DNA of 64,000 nt. It comes from Acidimicrobiia bacterium (GTDB lineage Bacteria; Actinomycetota; Acidimicrobiia; Spongiisociales; ZC4RG35). The translations under genes were made by a program, and so were the position numbers. Below, piece by piece: positions 37,335 to 47,670 of this stretch. Where the stretch lies: contig JBOGEV010000014.1 of the NCBI GenBank assembly GCA_050742015.1, positions 18,015-82,014 of the forward strand. Direction: 5' to 3'. Position 1 is the first letter of the stretch, and every line of letters starts with the position of its first letter. Below the pieces are notes generated by a model. It had not been told where the DNA came from and ran no database searches. It worked only from the letters and a program-made list of their open reading frames with translations.

Positions 37335-38444
37335 ATGAGCGCGGTGAGCTGGACCCTGGGGGCTCGGGACGGAAAGGCCCGGGCCGGCTGGCTCGACACT
37401 CCCCACGGCCGGATCCCTACCCCGGCCTTCATGCCTGTCGGAACCCGAGGGGCGGTCAGAGCCGTGGACAGTCGGGATCTGACCGGGGTGGGCGCCGACA
37501 TCGTGCTTGCAAACACGTATCACCTCATGCTCCGACCGGGGGCCGGCTTGATCGCCAGGCTCGGCGGGCTTCACGAGTTCATGGCGTGGGATGGTCCGAT
37601 CCTCACCGACTCGGGCGGGTTCCAGATCTTCTCGCTCGAGCCCGTGATCGATGAGGAGGGCGCCAGGTTTCGCTCGGTCTACGACGGATCGCTCGTGAGT
37701 CTCACCCCGGAAGGGGCGATGACGGCCCAGGAGGACCTGGGGCCGGACATTGCCATGGTGCTGGACGTCTGTGTCGGTCTCCCCGCGCCGACAGAGGTGG
37801 TGGAACTGGAGATGGAGCGGACGCTGCGATGGGCCGAGCGATGCCTCCGAGCTCACACCCGGCCCGACCAGGCCCTGTTCGGCATCGTGCAGGGAGGTGT
37901 CGACCCCGACCTGAGGGCGAAGAGCGCAGCCCAAACCGCGGCGCTCGGTTTCCCCGGATTCGGGATCGGCGGGCTCTATGTCGGTGAGGGCGTGGAGGAG
38001 CGCAACCTGGCTCTGGAGGCCAGCTTCGCCGAGTTGCCCGAGGGAAAGCCCCGCTACGTCATGGGGCTCGGTGACACGACAGGTCTCCTCGAGGCCATTG
38101 CCCGGGGGGCGGACATGTTCGACTGCGTCCTCCCGACGCGGCTCGCCCGTCATGGCAAGGTGCTGACCCGAGCCGGCGATTTCAACCTCCGCAACGCCGA
38201 ATTCGAAGCCGACGACAGGCCCATCGACCCCGGATGCAACTGCCCCACGTGCGCCACGTACAGCCGGGCGTACTTGAGGCATCTGGTGCGGATGAAGGAG
38301 TTCTCCGCCCACCGGCTGCTCACCATCCACAACCTGCGTTACACCCTCGATCTGATCTCCGATGCACGCCAGGCGATCGGAGAGGCCAGGTTCGGCGAAT
38401 TCGTTGCCGTAGTGGCCCGTAACCGCTCCGGCGGTTCGCTGTAG
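37335..38444 (+). CDS. tgt: queuine tRNA-ribosyltransferase
   Basis: [20 protein letters not shown]...DSGGFQ... and the zinc site CxCxxC...H (CNCPTCATYSRAYLRH). ATG 37335. The ORF track is over-extended to 37236. Confidence 0.9.
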   Translation: MSAVSWTLGARDGKARAGWLDTPHGRIPTPAFMPVGTRGAVRAVDSRDLTGVGADIVLANTYHLMLRPGAGLIARLGGLHEFMAWDGPILTDSGGFQIFSLEPVIDEEGARFRSVYDGSLVSLTPEGAMTAQEDLGPDIAMVLDVCVGLPAPTEVVELEMERTLRWAERCLRAHTRPDQALFGIVQGGVDPDLRAKSAAQTAALGFPGFGIGGLYVGEGVEERNLALEASFAELPEGKPRYVMGLGDTTGLLEAIARGADMFDCVLPTRLARHGKVLTRAGDFNLRNAEFEADDRPIDPGCNCPTCATYSRAYLRHLVRMKEFSAHRLLTIHNLRYTLDLISDARQAIGEARFGEFVAVVARNRSGGSL

Positions 38445-38499
38445 ACGCTTCCCGCGGCCTAACCTCCGCCGGTCGATTTCACCCGATTGGGAGGATCAA

Positions 38500-38814
38500 G
38501 TGACCCACGTCGTCCTTGCTCAAGAGGCCGCCTCGAGCCCGCTGCCATCGTTGCTCTTCCTCGGGCTGATGGTCGTCGTCTTCTGGCTTTTCATCATCAG
38601 GCCGCAACGTCAGCGTGCCAAGAATCAGCAGGCCCTTTCCGAGTCACTGAGCCCCGGCGAAGAGGTGCGGACGATCGGCGGAATCCACGGGACCGTCGTG
38701 TCCGTGGACGAGGACAGCGTCGTGCTCAGGGTCGAAGAGGGACGGATCCGGGTGTCCCGGAAGGCCATCGGCACGCGCGTGGGACCGGACAAGACAGAGC
38801 CCGAATCCAGCTGA
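38500..38814 (+). CDS. yajC: preprotein translocase subunit YajC
   Basis: TM helix LLFLGLMVVVFWLFIIRPQRQRAKNQQALSESLSPGEEVRTIGGIHGTV is the YajC signature. There is no secD/secF downstream. Confidence 0.85.
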   Translation: MTHVVLAQEAASSPLPSLLFLGLMVVVFWLFIIRPQRQRAKNQQALSESLSPGEEVRTIGGIHGTVVSVDEDSVVLRVEEGRIRVSRKAIGTRVGPDKTEPESS

Positions 38815-38834
38815 TCCGGCCGTAGACTCCCCGG

Positions 38835-39353
38835 GTGGAACAACTCACTTCGCTGATTCGCGACATTCCAGACTTTCCCGAGCCGGGGGTCGTCTTCAAG
38901 GACATCACCCCGGTCCTGGCCGACGGGCCGGCATTCGCGGCACTGGTCGATGCCATGGCCGAGCCGTTTCGCGACAGCGGGGTCACCAAGGTGGCCGGGA
39001 TCGAAGCTCGTGGCTTCACCCTGGCGACGCCGGTGGCCGATCGCCTCGGCGCCGGGTTCATCCCGGTGCGGAAGCCGGGCAAGCTGCCGTATGAGACCGT
39101 ACGAGAGGATTACACGCTGGAGTACGGAACCGATGCCCTCGAGATCCACACCGACTCCGCCCAACGCGGAGAGCGGGTCCTCCTCGTCGACGACGTGATC
39201 GCAACCGGGGGAACAGCGGCTGCCGCAATACGGTTGTTGAGGAAGATCGGCGCCGATGTGATCGGAATCTCTGTCTTCATCGAGCTCGCCTTCCTGGATG
39301 GCGCCCAGATGCTGGATGGTGTACCTCTACATGCCCTCGTCACCTACGACTGA
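38835..39353 (+). CDS. apt: adenine phosphoribosyltransferase
   Basis: VLLVDDVIATGGTAAA is the PRPP-binding motif. 172 aa. Confidence 0.92.
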   Translation: MEQLTSLIRDIPDFPEPGVVFKDITPVLADGPAFAALVDAMAEPFRDSGVTKVAGIEARGFTLATPVADRLGAGFIPVRKPGKLPYETVREDYTLEYGTDALEIHTDSAQRGERVLLVDDVIATGGTAAAAIRLLRKIGADVIGISVFIELAFLDGAQMLDGVPLHALVTYD

Positions 39354-41493
39354 CCGGATTCAGGCGACATTCGAAGATGTCGTCACTGCCTTCGCGGACC
39401 ATCACCCCGATAGCGACACCGGGCTGCTGAGAAGGGCCTACGAGGTTGCGGCCGAGGCCCACCACGGACAGGTCCGAAAGACCGGTGACGCCTACATCAC
39501 CCACCCGGTGGCGGTGGCTCACATGTTGGCCGAATACGGGCTCGACGAGCCCACGTTGGCCGCCGCCCTTCTCCACGACACGGTGGAGGACACGTCGCTC
39601 ACCCTGAGCGATCTCTCGTTGCAGTTCGGAGACGAGATCGCCCGTCTCATCGATGGGGTGACCAAGCTGGACCGGGTTCGCTACTCGAACCGGGAGCAAG
39701 CCCAAGCCGCGACGATCCGCAAGATGGTGGTGGCGATGGCACAGGACGTCAGGGTGCTCATCATCAAGTTGTTCGACCGTCTTCACAACCTGCGCACGGT
39801 CCATGCCCTCCGTGACGAGAAGCAACGTCGGGTGGCCCAGGAAACCCTCGACGTGTATGCCCCCCTTGCCCATCGTCTCGGGGTCCAGGAGATCAAACAC
39901 GAGTTCGAGGACCGCTGCTTTGCCATTCTCTACCCCGGTCCCAACGCCGAGATCCAGGCCAAACTGGCGGAACGGGCCCCCGAGCGGGAGGCGTTCATCG
40001 AGAAGATGATCGAAGAGGTCGCGGGCATCCTGGCCGATTCCGGTATCGAAGCCGAAGTCACCGGTCGCCCCAAGCACCAGTATTCGATCTACCGCAAGAT
40101 GCGAGAGCAGAACCGGCCGTTCGAGGACATCCACGACCTCATCGGGATCCGGATCACAACCCCCACCATGCGCGACTGCTACGCCGCCTTGGGCCTGATC
40201 CACAGTCATTGGGTCCCGGTCACCGGGCGCTTCAAGGACTACATCGCAATGCCCAAGATCAACCTCTACCAGTCGCTTCACACCACGGTGATCGGCCCCG
40301 ACGGCAAACCCCTCGAAGTCCAGATCCGCACCGAGGAAATGCATCAACGCGCCGAGGCGGGGATCGCGGCCCACTGGAGATACAAGGAAGGCGAGGCAGG
40401 ACAGCTGCCCCGGATGGACTTCATCTCCTGGGGTGGGGACGAGGACCCTGAGGAGTTCCTGGCCAACCTCAAACTGGACCTCTATCAGGACGAGGTGTTC
40501 GTCCTCACGCCGGGAGGCGACGTGAAGCCTCTGCCTGCCGGTTCGACGGCCATCGATTTTGCCTACTCGGTGCACACCGAGGTTGGTCACCGTTGCGTCG
40601 GGGCCAAGGTGAACGGGAGGCTGGTCCCGCTGTCCACACGACTCCAGTCGGGAGACATCATCGAAGTGCTGACGTCGAAGGCGATGGAGGCCGGGCCGAG
40701 TCGGGATTGGCTCGCGTTCGTCCGCACCGGCCGTGCCAAATCCAAGATCAAGCAGTGGTTCACAAAGGAGAGACGCGACCAGGCACTCTCCGAGGGCAAA
40801 GAGGCGGTGCAGACGCTGTTCAAACGTGAGGCTTCGACTCTGTCGGCTGCGGAGAAGGAGCGTCTTCTCGAGTCGATCTCGGCGGAGCTTGGGCAGAAGG
40901 ACGTCGAAGCACTGCAGGTCGGCCTCGGCGAGGGAACGGTTTCGATCGACTCCGTGGCGACCCGGCTGTCGCGACTGATCAACCCCGAGGTCGAAGATGA
41001 TTTCTTCCAGCCCCGGCGTCGTCGCTCGTTCGACACGGCCCAGGTCGTGGTCGAGGGTCAGGATGACATGCTCATTCACCTCGCCCGGTGTTGTTCCCCG
41101 GTGCCTGGCGATGAGATCGTCGGCTACGTGACCGTCGGGCGCGGCGTATCTGTGCATCGGGCCGAGTGCACCAATGTCTCCTACCTCTCTGAGCGGCGGG
41201 AGCGGACCGTCGACGTCTCCTGGCCCCCGCAGGCGACGGCCGCATTCGTGGTGTGGATCCAGGTCGAAGCGCTCGACCGGACCCGTCTCCTCAGGGACGT
41301 GACCAGCGTGGTCAGCGACACCGGGGGCAACATCACCGCCTCTTCGACGAATACCGGTGAGGACCGTGTCGCCATCCTGCGCTACGAGGTCGAGCTCTCC
41401 GACCCGAGCCAGCTCCCCAAGTTGCTGGCCGACCTGCGCGGTGTCGACGGGGTGTTCTCGGCTTTCCGCCTTGCCACCGACCCTTCCTCCTGA
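39331..41493 (+). CDS. relA: bifunctional (p)ppGpp synthetase/hydrolase RelA/SpoT
   Basis: Contains an HD hydrolase domain (HPVAVAHMLAEY...LHDTVEDT), a synthetase domain (YQSLHTTV), and TGS, CC and ACT domains. The start overlaps the apt end. ATG 39298, 39316 and 39331 are all in frame. Confidence 0.92.
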   Translation: MPSSPTTDRIQATFEDVVTAFADHHPDSDTGLLRRAYEVAAEAHHGQVRKTGDAYITHPVAVAHMLAEYGLDEPTLAAALLHDTVEDTSLTLSDLSLQFGDEIARLIDGVTKLDRVRYSNREQAQAATIRKMVVAMAQDVRVLIIKLFDRLHNLRTVHALRDEKQRRVAQETLDVYAPLAHRLGVQEIKHEFEDRCFAILYPGPNAEIQAKLAERAPEREAFIEKMIEEVAGILADSGIEAEVTGRPKHQYSIYRKMREQNRPFEDIHDLIGIRITTPTMRDCYAALGLIHSHWVPVTGRFKDYIAMPKINLYQSLHTTVIGPDGKPLEVQIRTEEMHQRAEAGIAAHWRYKEGEAGQLPRMDFISWGGDEDPEEFLANLKLDLYQDEVFVLTPGGDVKPLPAGSTAIDFAYSVHTEVGHRCVGAKVNGRLVPLSTRLQSGDIIEVLTSKAMEAGPSRDWLAFVRTGRAKSKIKQWFTKERRDQALSEGKEAVQTLFKREASTLSAAEKERLLESISAELGQKDVEALQVGLGEGTVSIDSVATRLSRLINPEVEDDFFQPRRRRSFDTAQVVVEGQDDMLIHLARCCSPVPGDEIVGYVTVGRGVSVHRAECTNVSYLSERRERTVDVSWPPQATAAFVVWIQVEALDRTRLLRDVTSVVSDTGGNITASSTNTGEDRVAILRYEVELSDPSQLPKLLADLRGVDGVFSAFRLATDPSS

Positions 41494-42146
41494 TGCTCAT
41501 CATCCGGATGCCGGCCTGGCTGGCGGAGACCAACGCCTTCGTCGTGGCCGAGGAGCGGGGCGGGCCCGCCGTCGTGGTCGATGCTCCGCCCGACCCGGAC
41601 GGTATCGGGGCGGTGCTCGTCGAGCACGATCTCTCCCTGGCTGCCGTTCTCCTCACCCACGGACACGTCGATCACACCGGTGGAAGTGGTCAGCTGGCTC
41701 GGACGCATGGGGCCACCGTGTACGTCCACCCCGATGACGACTTCCTGACACTTCACCCGACCGAGCAGGTGAGAGCCATGTTCGGCATGATCCCACCCGG
41801 TGTCTACGACGTCCCGGACAAGTTCGATGGTTTGTCCGATGGTGACCTCCTCCGTCTGGCAGGGCTCGCCATCGAGGTCCGCCAGACTCCGGGACACACA
41901 CCGGGCCACTGTTGCTTCTACGTCGAAGACCAGGAGACCTTGTTCTCAGGCGACCAGTTGTTTGCAGGAAGTGTTGGACGGACCGACTTGCCGAGGGGCT
42001 CGTGGGCTGACCTGATGGCCTCGATGCGAGAGCGGGTGATGACTCTGCCCGACGAGACCAGGGTCCTGCCCGGTCACGGCCCGGAGACGACGATCGGGAA
42101 GGAGCGGGCTGACAACCCGTTCCGGGGGGAGTGGGAGCGCATCTAG
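41493..42146 (+). CDS. MBL-fold metallo-hydrolase (glyoxalase II-like)
   Basis: THGHVDHTGG is the HxHxDH motif, plus a later His (TPGHTPGH). 217 aa. It is coupled to the relA stop. Confidence 0.75.
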   Translation: MLIIRMPAWLAETNAFVVAEERGGPAVVVDAPPDPDGIGAVLVEHDLSLAAVLLTHGHVDHTGGSGQLARTHGATVYVHPDDDFLTLHPTEQVRAMFGMIPPGVYDVPDKFDGLSDGDLLRLAGLAIEVRQTPGHTPGHCCFYVEDQETLFSGDQLFAGSVGRTDLPRGSWADLMASMRERVMTLPDETRVLPGHGPETTIGKERADNPFRGEWERI

Positions 42147-42343
42147 AGCGGGTCGGAGGTATTGATGCCGCCGGAGCCGTAGAACGACGTTGCACCTGAG
42201 ACCCAGACCGCCGCCGCGGTTGCGATTGTCACCGCGACCTTCTCGCTGGGCGTTCGTCGCCGCATGAACATGGCCTTGGTTGACCTTGGTGGAGATTCCG
42301 GTCATCTCAGGGAGTCGCCAACAACTGGGGTTAGTTTGAGGTC

Positions 42344-42589
42344 ATGGATTGGAGGTCTGCGGCGCTGGCGGTGTTGCTCGCCTCGATGCTGCTCCTGGGG
42401 TGCCAGCAACTCGACGACTTTGGGTGCCCTGAGGGAAGTCGATGGCCGGGTCGTCCAGATTGCCGGCCGGTCGGAACGACCGTCACCAGTGTCGTGGATT
42501 GCGATCCCGACGGTGACGCGTGCCTCGAAACTCGTCGCTACGACGAGGTGGGCGAGTCGGGTCAGCGCGAGGTCGCGTGGCGTAACTGA
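42344..42589 (+). CDS. small Cys-rich putative lipoprotein
   Basis: A signal peptide ends in lipobox LLLGC. The mature part has 5 further Cys residues. A downstream hairpin gagagacCCATCgtctctc follows. Confidence 0.5.
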   Translation: MDWRSAALAVLLASMLLLGCQQLDDFGCPEGSRWPGRPDCRPVGTTVTSVVDCDPDGDACLETRRYDEVGESGQREVAWRN

Positions 42590-42688
42590 ACGAGGACGAG
42601 AGACCCATCGTCTCTCCCCAAGCGTGGGGAATACTGCCACAGGCGGGGAAGGGGGAACCTCTTGGCCCTCACTAACCTCTCCGGCCCC

Positions 42689-43903
42689 ATGAGCTTTCGG
42701 CCACCCAAGGGCACCGATGACATCGGCGCGCCCCAATCGCATGTATGGCGCGATGTGCTACGGGACTGGGAGGTCTGGGCGGATCGCTTCGGGTACCCGC
42801 TGGTCATCACGCCGATCTTCGAATCGACCGAGCTGTTCGAGCGGGGTGTTGGCGACGACACCGAGGTCGTCACGAAGCAGATGTACACCTTCGCCGATCG
42901 CGGGGGGCGGTCGGTGACCCTGCGCCCGGAAGGGACCGCAGGCGTGGTCCGTGCCTTCCTCGACTCGGGGGAGAAGGGCGCCTGGAAAGGCGCCTACTCC
43001 GGGCCGATGTTCCGCTACGAGCGGCCGCAGGCGGGACGACGCCGTCAGTTCTGGCAGGTCGGGGTGGAATACCTCGATGTGGAGGGACCGGCCGCCGATG
43101 CCGAGGTGATCGAGCTCGGTTATCGCTTCCTGACCGCGGTTTCGGTGCCGGGATTGGAGGTGGTCCTCAACTCGCTCGGAGACGAGGTGTGCCGCCCCGG
43201 ATACGTGACCCTCCTTCGCTCCTTCCTCGATGTGAATCGGGACCGGCTCTGTGATGACTCGGTGTCGCTGATCGAGGTCAATCCGCTGCGGGTGCTCGAC
43301 TGCAAGGTCTGTGCCCCGGTTCTGATCGAGGCCCCCGCCATGAAGGACCATCTCTGTGAACCGTGCGCCGCCCACTACGACGAGGTCAAGACCGCTCTCG
43401 GCCGGCTCGAGATCCCGTTTCGAGAAGACGGAAGGCTGGTTCGCGGCCTCGACTATTACACCCGAACCGCCTTTGAGTACCTGGCCACCGATCTCGACGC
43501 CGCCCAGAACGCGGTCGGTGGCGGAGGGCGATATGACGGGCTGGCCGAGGCGATCGGCGGGCGCCGCGCCCCGGGTGTGGGCTTCGCCCTTGGCATCGAT
43601 CGGATCATCCTGGCCTCCAAGCTCGAGCCGGAGCCGAACGTCGACGTGTACCTGATATCCGAGACCGGTCCCGGCGACGCCCTGGTGGCAGCATCGGCGC
43701 TGCGGCGAGGGGGCCTCCGGGTCAACCTCGATACCGAGGGACGCTCGGTCAAGGCGCAATTCCGCACCGCCGGGAGATCCCGGGCCGCGGCGTTGGTGGT
43801 TCTTTCGGTAGGAGGAGGCGATGTCGACGTGAGGATCGACGACGAGAGAACGCAGATGCCGCTCGACGACGTGGCTGCCTGGCTGGAAGGACGGCTCCGA
43901 TGA
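42689..43903 (+). CDS. hisS: histidine--tRNA ligase
   Basis: MSFRPPKGTDDIGAP matches the HisRS N-terminus. Class II motifs and the anticodon-binding domain are present. An alternative TTG start at 42662 is in frame. Confidence 0.9.
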   Translation: MSFRPPKGTDDIGAPQSHVWRDVLRDWEVWADRFGYPLVITPIFESTELFERGVGDDTEVVTKQMYTFADRGGRSVTLRPEGTAGVVRAFLDSGEKGAWKGAYSGPMFRYERPQAGRRRQFWQVGVEYLDVEGPAADAEVIELGYRFLTAVSVPGLEVVLNSLGDEVCRPGYVTLLRSFLDVNRDRLCDDSVSLIEVNPLRVLDCKVCAPVLIEAPAMKDHLCEPCAAHYDEVKTALGRLEIPFREDGRLVRGLDYYTRTAFEYLATDLDAAQNAVGGGGRYDGLAEAIGGRRAPGVGFALGIDRIILASKLEPEPNVDVYLISETGPGDALVAASALRRGGLRVNLDTEGRSVKAQFRTAGRSRAAALVVLSVGGGDVDVRIDDERTQMPLDDVAAWLEGRLR

Positions 43904-45669
43904 GGACCCATGCCGCGGGCGCGCTACGCCCCGATCACATCGGCCAGGAAGTGACCGTCGCCGGCTGGGTGCAACGTCGTCGCGACCACGGCGGCATCGC
44001 ATTTCTCGACATCCGAGATGCCTCCGGCGTGGTCCAGGTTGTCGCCGACCCCACCGACCACCCGGAAGTGGCCGAGCTGAAGATGGAATATTGCGTCTCG
44101 GTCACCGGGGAGGTGCGGCCCCGCCCTGAGGGCACCGAGAACCCCGACCTGCCCACCGGATTGGTGGAGATCGGGGCCGAGCAACTCACCGTGCTCTCCC
44201 CGGCGGAGACACTGCCTTTCATGATCGACGACCGGGTAGAGATCGACGAGAGAGCCCGGCTCCGTTATCGCTATCTCGACCTCCGACGTCCCCGAATGGC
44301 GGCCAACCTCAGGGCCCGTTCCCGGGCGACGGCGGCGATACGACGAACCCTCGACGCGCAGGGATTCCTCGAGGTGGAGACCCCGACCCTGATCAACAGC
44401 ACCCCGGAAGGGGCCCGGGACATGCTCGTGCCTTCCCGGCTTCGGGCCGGCGAGTTCTATGCCTTGCCCCAGTCGCCCCAGCTGTTCAAACAGCTCCTGA
44501 TGATCTCGGGAGTGGAGCGCTACTTCCAAATCGCTCACTGCTATCGGGACGAGGACTTCCGCGCCGATCGCCAGCTCGAGTTCACCCAGCTCGACCTCGA
44601 AGGGTCGTTTTGGGAACGCGACGACGTGCTCGACGCAATCGAGAGTGTCCTCTCTGCGGCGGTCAGGGAACTGCGTGGTGTCGACACCCCCCACCCCTTC
44701 CCGCGTCTCACCTGGCAGGAGTGTATGGACCGGTTCGGGACCGACAAGCCCGATCTGAGGATCGGCGCCGAAATCGTCGACCTCTCTGGCCTGTTCGCCT
44801 CGACCGAGTTTGGGGTCTTCAAGACCGCCCTCGCCGGTGGTGGGACGGTGCGCGGCCTCAACGCAGGGCACCAGGACTGGTCACGGGCCCGGGCCGACGG
44901 CTTGACCGAACGCGCCAAGGAGCTGGGGGCCAAGGGCCTGGTGTGGGGAGTTGTGGAAGAAGATGGCTCCCTGCGCTCGCCAGTGGCCAAGTTCCTGGAT
45001 GACACGGAGTTGTCCGGGATCAACAGCTCGCTCTCCGCCAGGCCCGGTGATGTGCTGCTCATCATGGCTGACCGCTGGCGGCTGGCCGTGGAGGTCCTGG
45101 GGACGCTTCGCAACGACCTGCTTCGACCCACCGGCCACGATGACCTGGCCTTTCTCTGGGTGATCGACTTCCCGCTGTTCGAAGCGGAGGAGGACGGGTC
45201 GCTCACGTTCTCCCATCATCCCTTCACCTCACCCGTCTCACTCGATGACATGCGGGACAATCCGGTCGGCGCTCTCTCCCAGGCCTACGACGTGGTGCTC
45301 AATGGGGTCGAGCTCGGCTCCGGCTCGGTCCGGATCCATGACCCTGCGGTCCAGATCCAGGTGTTCGAGATTCTCGGGATCGACTCCGAAACCGCCGAGC
45401 GAAGGTTCGGGTGGTTCCTGGAGGCGCTCCGCTACGGGACACCGCCTCACGCCGGGTTCGCCTTCGGGATCGATCGTCTGGTGATGGTGCTGCAAGGAGA
45501 AGCCTCGATCCGCGAGGTCATCCCCTTCCCCAAGACCCAGAGCGGCGTCGACCCCATGACCGGGGCCCCGACCTGGGTCGAGGACTCACAGCTCGACGAG
45601 CTCGGCATCGCGCTCACGAACGCGGCGTTGGCGCGGCGCGCGGAGGACGATGAAACAGACAAAGGCTGA
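43900..45669 (+). CDS. aspS: aspartate--tRNA ligase
   Basis: MRTHAAGALRPDHIGQEVTVAGWVQRRRDHGGIAFLDIRDASG is the OB-fold N-terminus. The GAD insertion and class II core are present. 589 aa. Confidence 0.93.
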   Translation: MRTHAAGALRPDHIGQEVTVAGWVQRRRDHGGIAFLDIRDASGVVQVVADPTDHPEVAELKMEYCVSVTGEVRPRPEGTENPDLPTGLVEIGAEQLTVLSPAETLPFMIDDRVEIDERARLRYRYLDLRRPRMAANLRARSRATAAIRRTLDAQGFLEVETPTLINSTPEGARDMLVPSRLRAGEFYALPQSPQLFKQLLMISGVERYFQIAHCYRDEDFRADRQLEFTQLDLEGSFWERDDVLDAIESVLSAAVRELRGVDTPHPFPRLTWQECMDRFGTDKPDLRIGAEIVDLSGLFASTEFGVFKTALAGGGTVRGLNAGHQDWSRARADGLTERAKELGAKGLVWGVVEEDGSLRSPVAKFLDDTELSGINSSLSARPGDVLLIMADRWRLAVEVLGTLRNDLLRPTGHDDLAFLWVIDFPLFEAEEDGSLTFSHHPFTSPVSLDDMRDNPVGALSQAYDVVLNGVELGSGSVRIHDPAVQIQVFEILGIDSETAERRFGWFLEALRYGTPPHAGFAFGIDRLVMVLQGEASIREVIPFPKTQSGVDPMTGAPTWVEDSQLDELGIALTNAALARRAEDDETDKG

Positions 45670-45770
45670 CAAGACTGTGGTCACCAATTCCAGTCACAAA
45701 TTCCCGATGGCACCAGAATGGGTGTGACCTGGTTCATCGAAGAGGTCTCCTGCTGCACAGGAGGTGCCCC

Positions 45771-46019
45771 ATGGCAGAGACATCGGAACACAGAGACAAG
45801 ATCCAGCGCAGTTTGGAGGACATCCATAGGTCGTTGGTGGCGGTATCGATGAAGCTGGCACAGCTCGCCCTCGACGCCGAGACCGACACTGAGCTGGGTA
45901 CCGCCCTCGAGGATGGGATGACGGCCCTGGCGCCACTCACCGAACGCCTCGAGAGTCTCGAATCCTCATATCAGATGGAGACCAATCGCTTGAGGAACGA
46001 GGGAGAGCTCTCGGCTTGA
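45771..46019 (+). CDS. hypothetical small coiled-coil protein
   Basis: 82 aa, acidic and heptad-like. It is preceded by an AGGAGG RBS and a palindrome ctcctgctgcacaggag. Confidence 0.4.
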   Translation: MAETSEHRDKIQRSLEDIHRSLVAVSMKLAQLALDAETDTELGTALEDGMTALAPLTERLESLESSYQMETNRLRNEGELSA

Positions 46020-46091
46020 GGGTGTTCAGCGACCTGATCTAGTGGCCGAGGGCCCAAACCAGGCCTTTGCCAAAGCGTTACCGTCTCTATC

Positions 46092-47429
46092 GTGAGCGAC
46101 CTGTTCTCGGCGCGTGCGGACGACCTGACCGCTCGCGTCGCTCCTCTCGCCACCCGCATGCGGCCCCGTTCGCTCGATGAGGTCGTCGGCCAGCCGGCAC
46201 TGATGGCGCCCGACGCCGCATTCCGTCGGGTGGTCGAATCAGGACGGCCGGTGTCGATGCTGCTCTGGGGGCCGCCCGGGACGGGTAAGACGACCCTGGC
46301 CCGCCTGGTCGCGACCAAGGCGGAGGCGGCCTTCGAGACCCTTTCCGCCACCTCGGCCGGGGTGAAGGACATTCGGGAGGTACTGGCCGCGGCCAAGAGC
46401 CGTCTTGCCACCGAGGAGAGACGCACCGTGTTGTTCCTCGACGAGATCCACCGCTTCGCCAAGAATCAGCAGGACGCCCTGTTGCCCGGTGTGGAGGACG
46501 GCACGCTGATCCTGATTGGCGCCACCACGGAGAACCCCTTCTTCGAGGTGAACTCGCCCCTGATGAGCCGTATGACACTGTTCCGCCTCGAAGCGCTCAC
46601 GCCCGACCAGGTGTCGGCACTGGCTCAACGTGCGCTGGACGACTCGGAGCGGGGACTGGGCGAAATGGGGCTGAAGATCGATGGTGAGGCTGTCGAAGAG
46701 CTGGGCAACCGCACCGGTGGCGACGCCCGGCAGGCTCTCAACGCACTGGAAGTCGCTGCCCTCCTGGCCGAGGGCGATCAGCGATCCAGTATCGGGATCG
46801 AGGACGTCGCCGAGGCCCTGCAGCGACGCATCGTCCGCTATGACAAGGTCGGGGACCAGCATTACGACGTGATCTCGGCGTTCATCAAGAGCGTGCGCGG
46901 CTCGGACCCGGACGCCGCTTTGTACTGGCTGTTCCTCATGCTCGAAGGCGGGGAGGACCCCGAATTCATCGCCCGAAGGCTCATCATCCTCGCCGCGGAG
47001 GACGTCGGCCTCGCCGACCCGCACGCCCTGCCCCTAGCCATGGCGGCCGCGAACGCGCTGGCCTATGTCGGCCTGCCCGAGGCAGGATTTCACCTGTCGG
47101 AAGCAACGATCTATCTCGCCTCCGCCCCCAAGTCGAACTCCGTGGGCAGGGCGATGGCCAAGGCTCGTCAGCTCGTCGACGACGGCCCATCGCCGAGTGT
47201 GCCCGCTCACCTCCGCTCGGCCGCCTACCCCGGCGCCGAGAAGCTGGGTCATGGATCCGGCTACCGGTACTCACACGACTTCGAGGGCGGGGTGGTCGAA
47301 CAGCAGTATTTTCCCGACGGCGTGCCGCCCGAGGTCCTGTACGAGCCCGGGTCGCTGGGTGAAGAGGAGGCGATCAAGGCGCGTCTGGCCGCGATCGATC
47401 GGGTGCTCCGGCGTGATCGCGGCGGCTGA
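46092..47429 (+). CDS. rarA: replication-associated recombination protein A (RarA/MgsA AAA+ ATPase)
   Basis: [18 protein letters not shown] is the Walker A. The MgsA C-terminal helical domains are present. GTG start. Confidence 0.9.
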   Translation: MSDLFSARADDLTARVAPLATRMRPRSLDEVVGQPALMAPDAAFRRVVESGRPVSMLLWGPPGTGKTTLARLVATKAEAAFETLSATSAGVKDIREVLAAAKSRLATEERRTVLFLDEIHRFAKNQQDALLPGVEDGTLILIGATTENPFFEVNSPLMSRMTLFRLEALTPDQVSALAQRALDDSERGLGEMGLKIDGEAVEELGNRTGGDARQALNALEVAALLAEGDQRSSIGIEDVAEALQRRIVRYDKVGDQHYDVISAFIKSVRGSDPDAALYWLFLMLEGGEDPEFIARRLIILAAEDVGLADPHALPLAMAAANALAYVGLPEAGFHLSEATIYLASAPKSNSVGRAMAKARQLVDDGPSPSVPAHLRSAAYPGAEKLGHGSGYRYSHDFEGGVVEQQYFPDGVPPEVLYEPGSLGEEEAIKARLAAIDRVLRRDRGG

Positions 47430-47445
47430 CAGGTAGCCTCCGAGC

Positions 47446-47619
47446 ATGTTCGACCGCATGTGGTGGTTCGTCACCGGCGTGATCGCCGGAGGATTTGTCA
47501 CCGTGCGCGCCCTGCGGCGGCGACCGACTCCGGCTGAGTGGCGGGACGCGGCTGCCGCCACCGGCGCCGACCTGCTCGACTTCGCGGCTCGCGCGGTCCG
47601 GCCCAATAGGAGCCGGTAG
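47446..47619 (+). CDS. possible small membrane protein (57 aa), below the ORF-track size cutoff
   Basis: MFDRMWWFVTGVIAGGFVTVRALRRR... has one TM helix. It lies between rarA and alaS. The RBS is weak, so the call is low confidence. Confidence 0.25.
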   Translation: MFDRMWWFVTGVIAGGFVTVRALRRRPTPAEWRDAAAATGADLLDFAARAVRPNRSR

Positions 47620-47670
47620 AACTCCACCGCGTCGTTAACCTCGCTGCTCGCTTCGAGGGACAACATTCCG

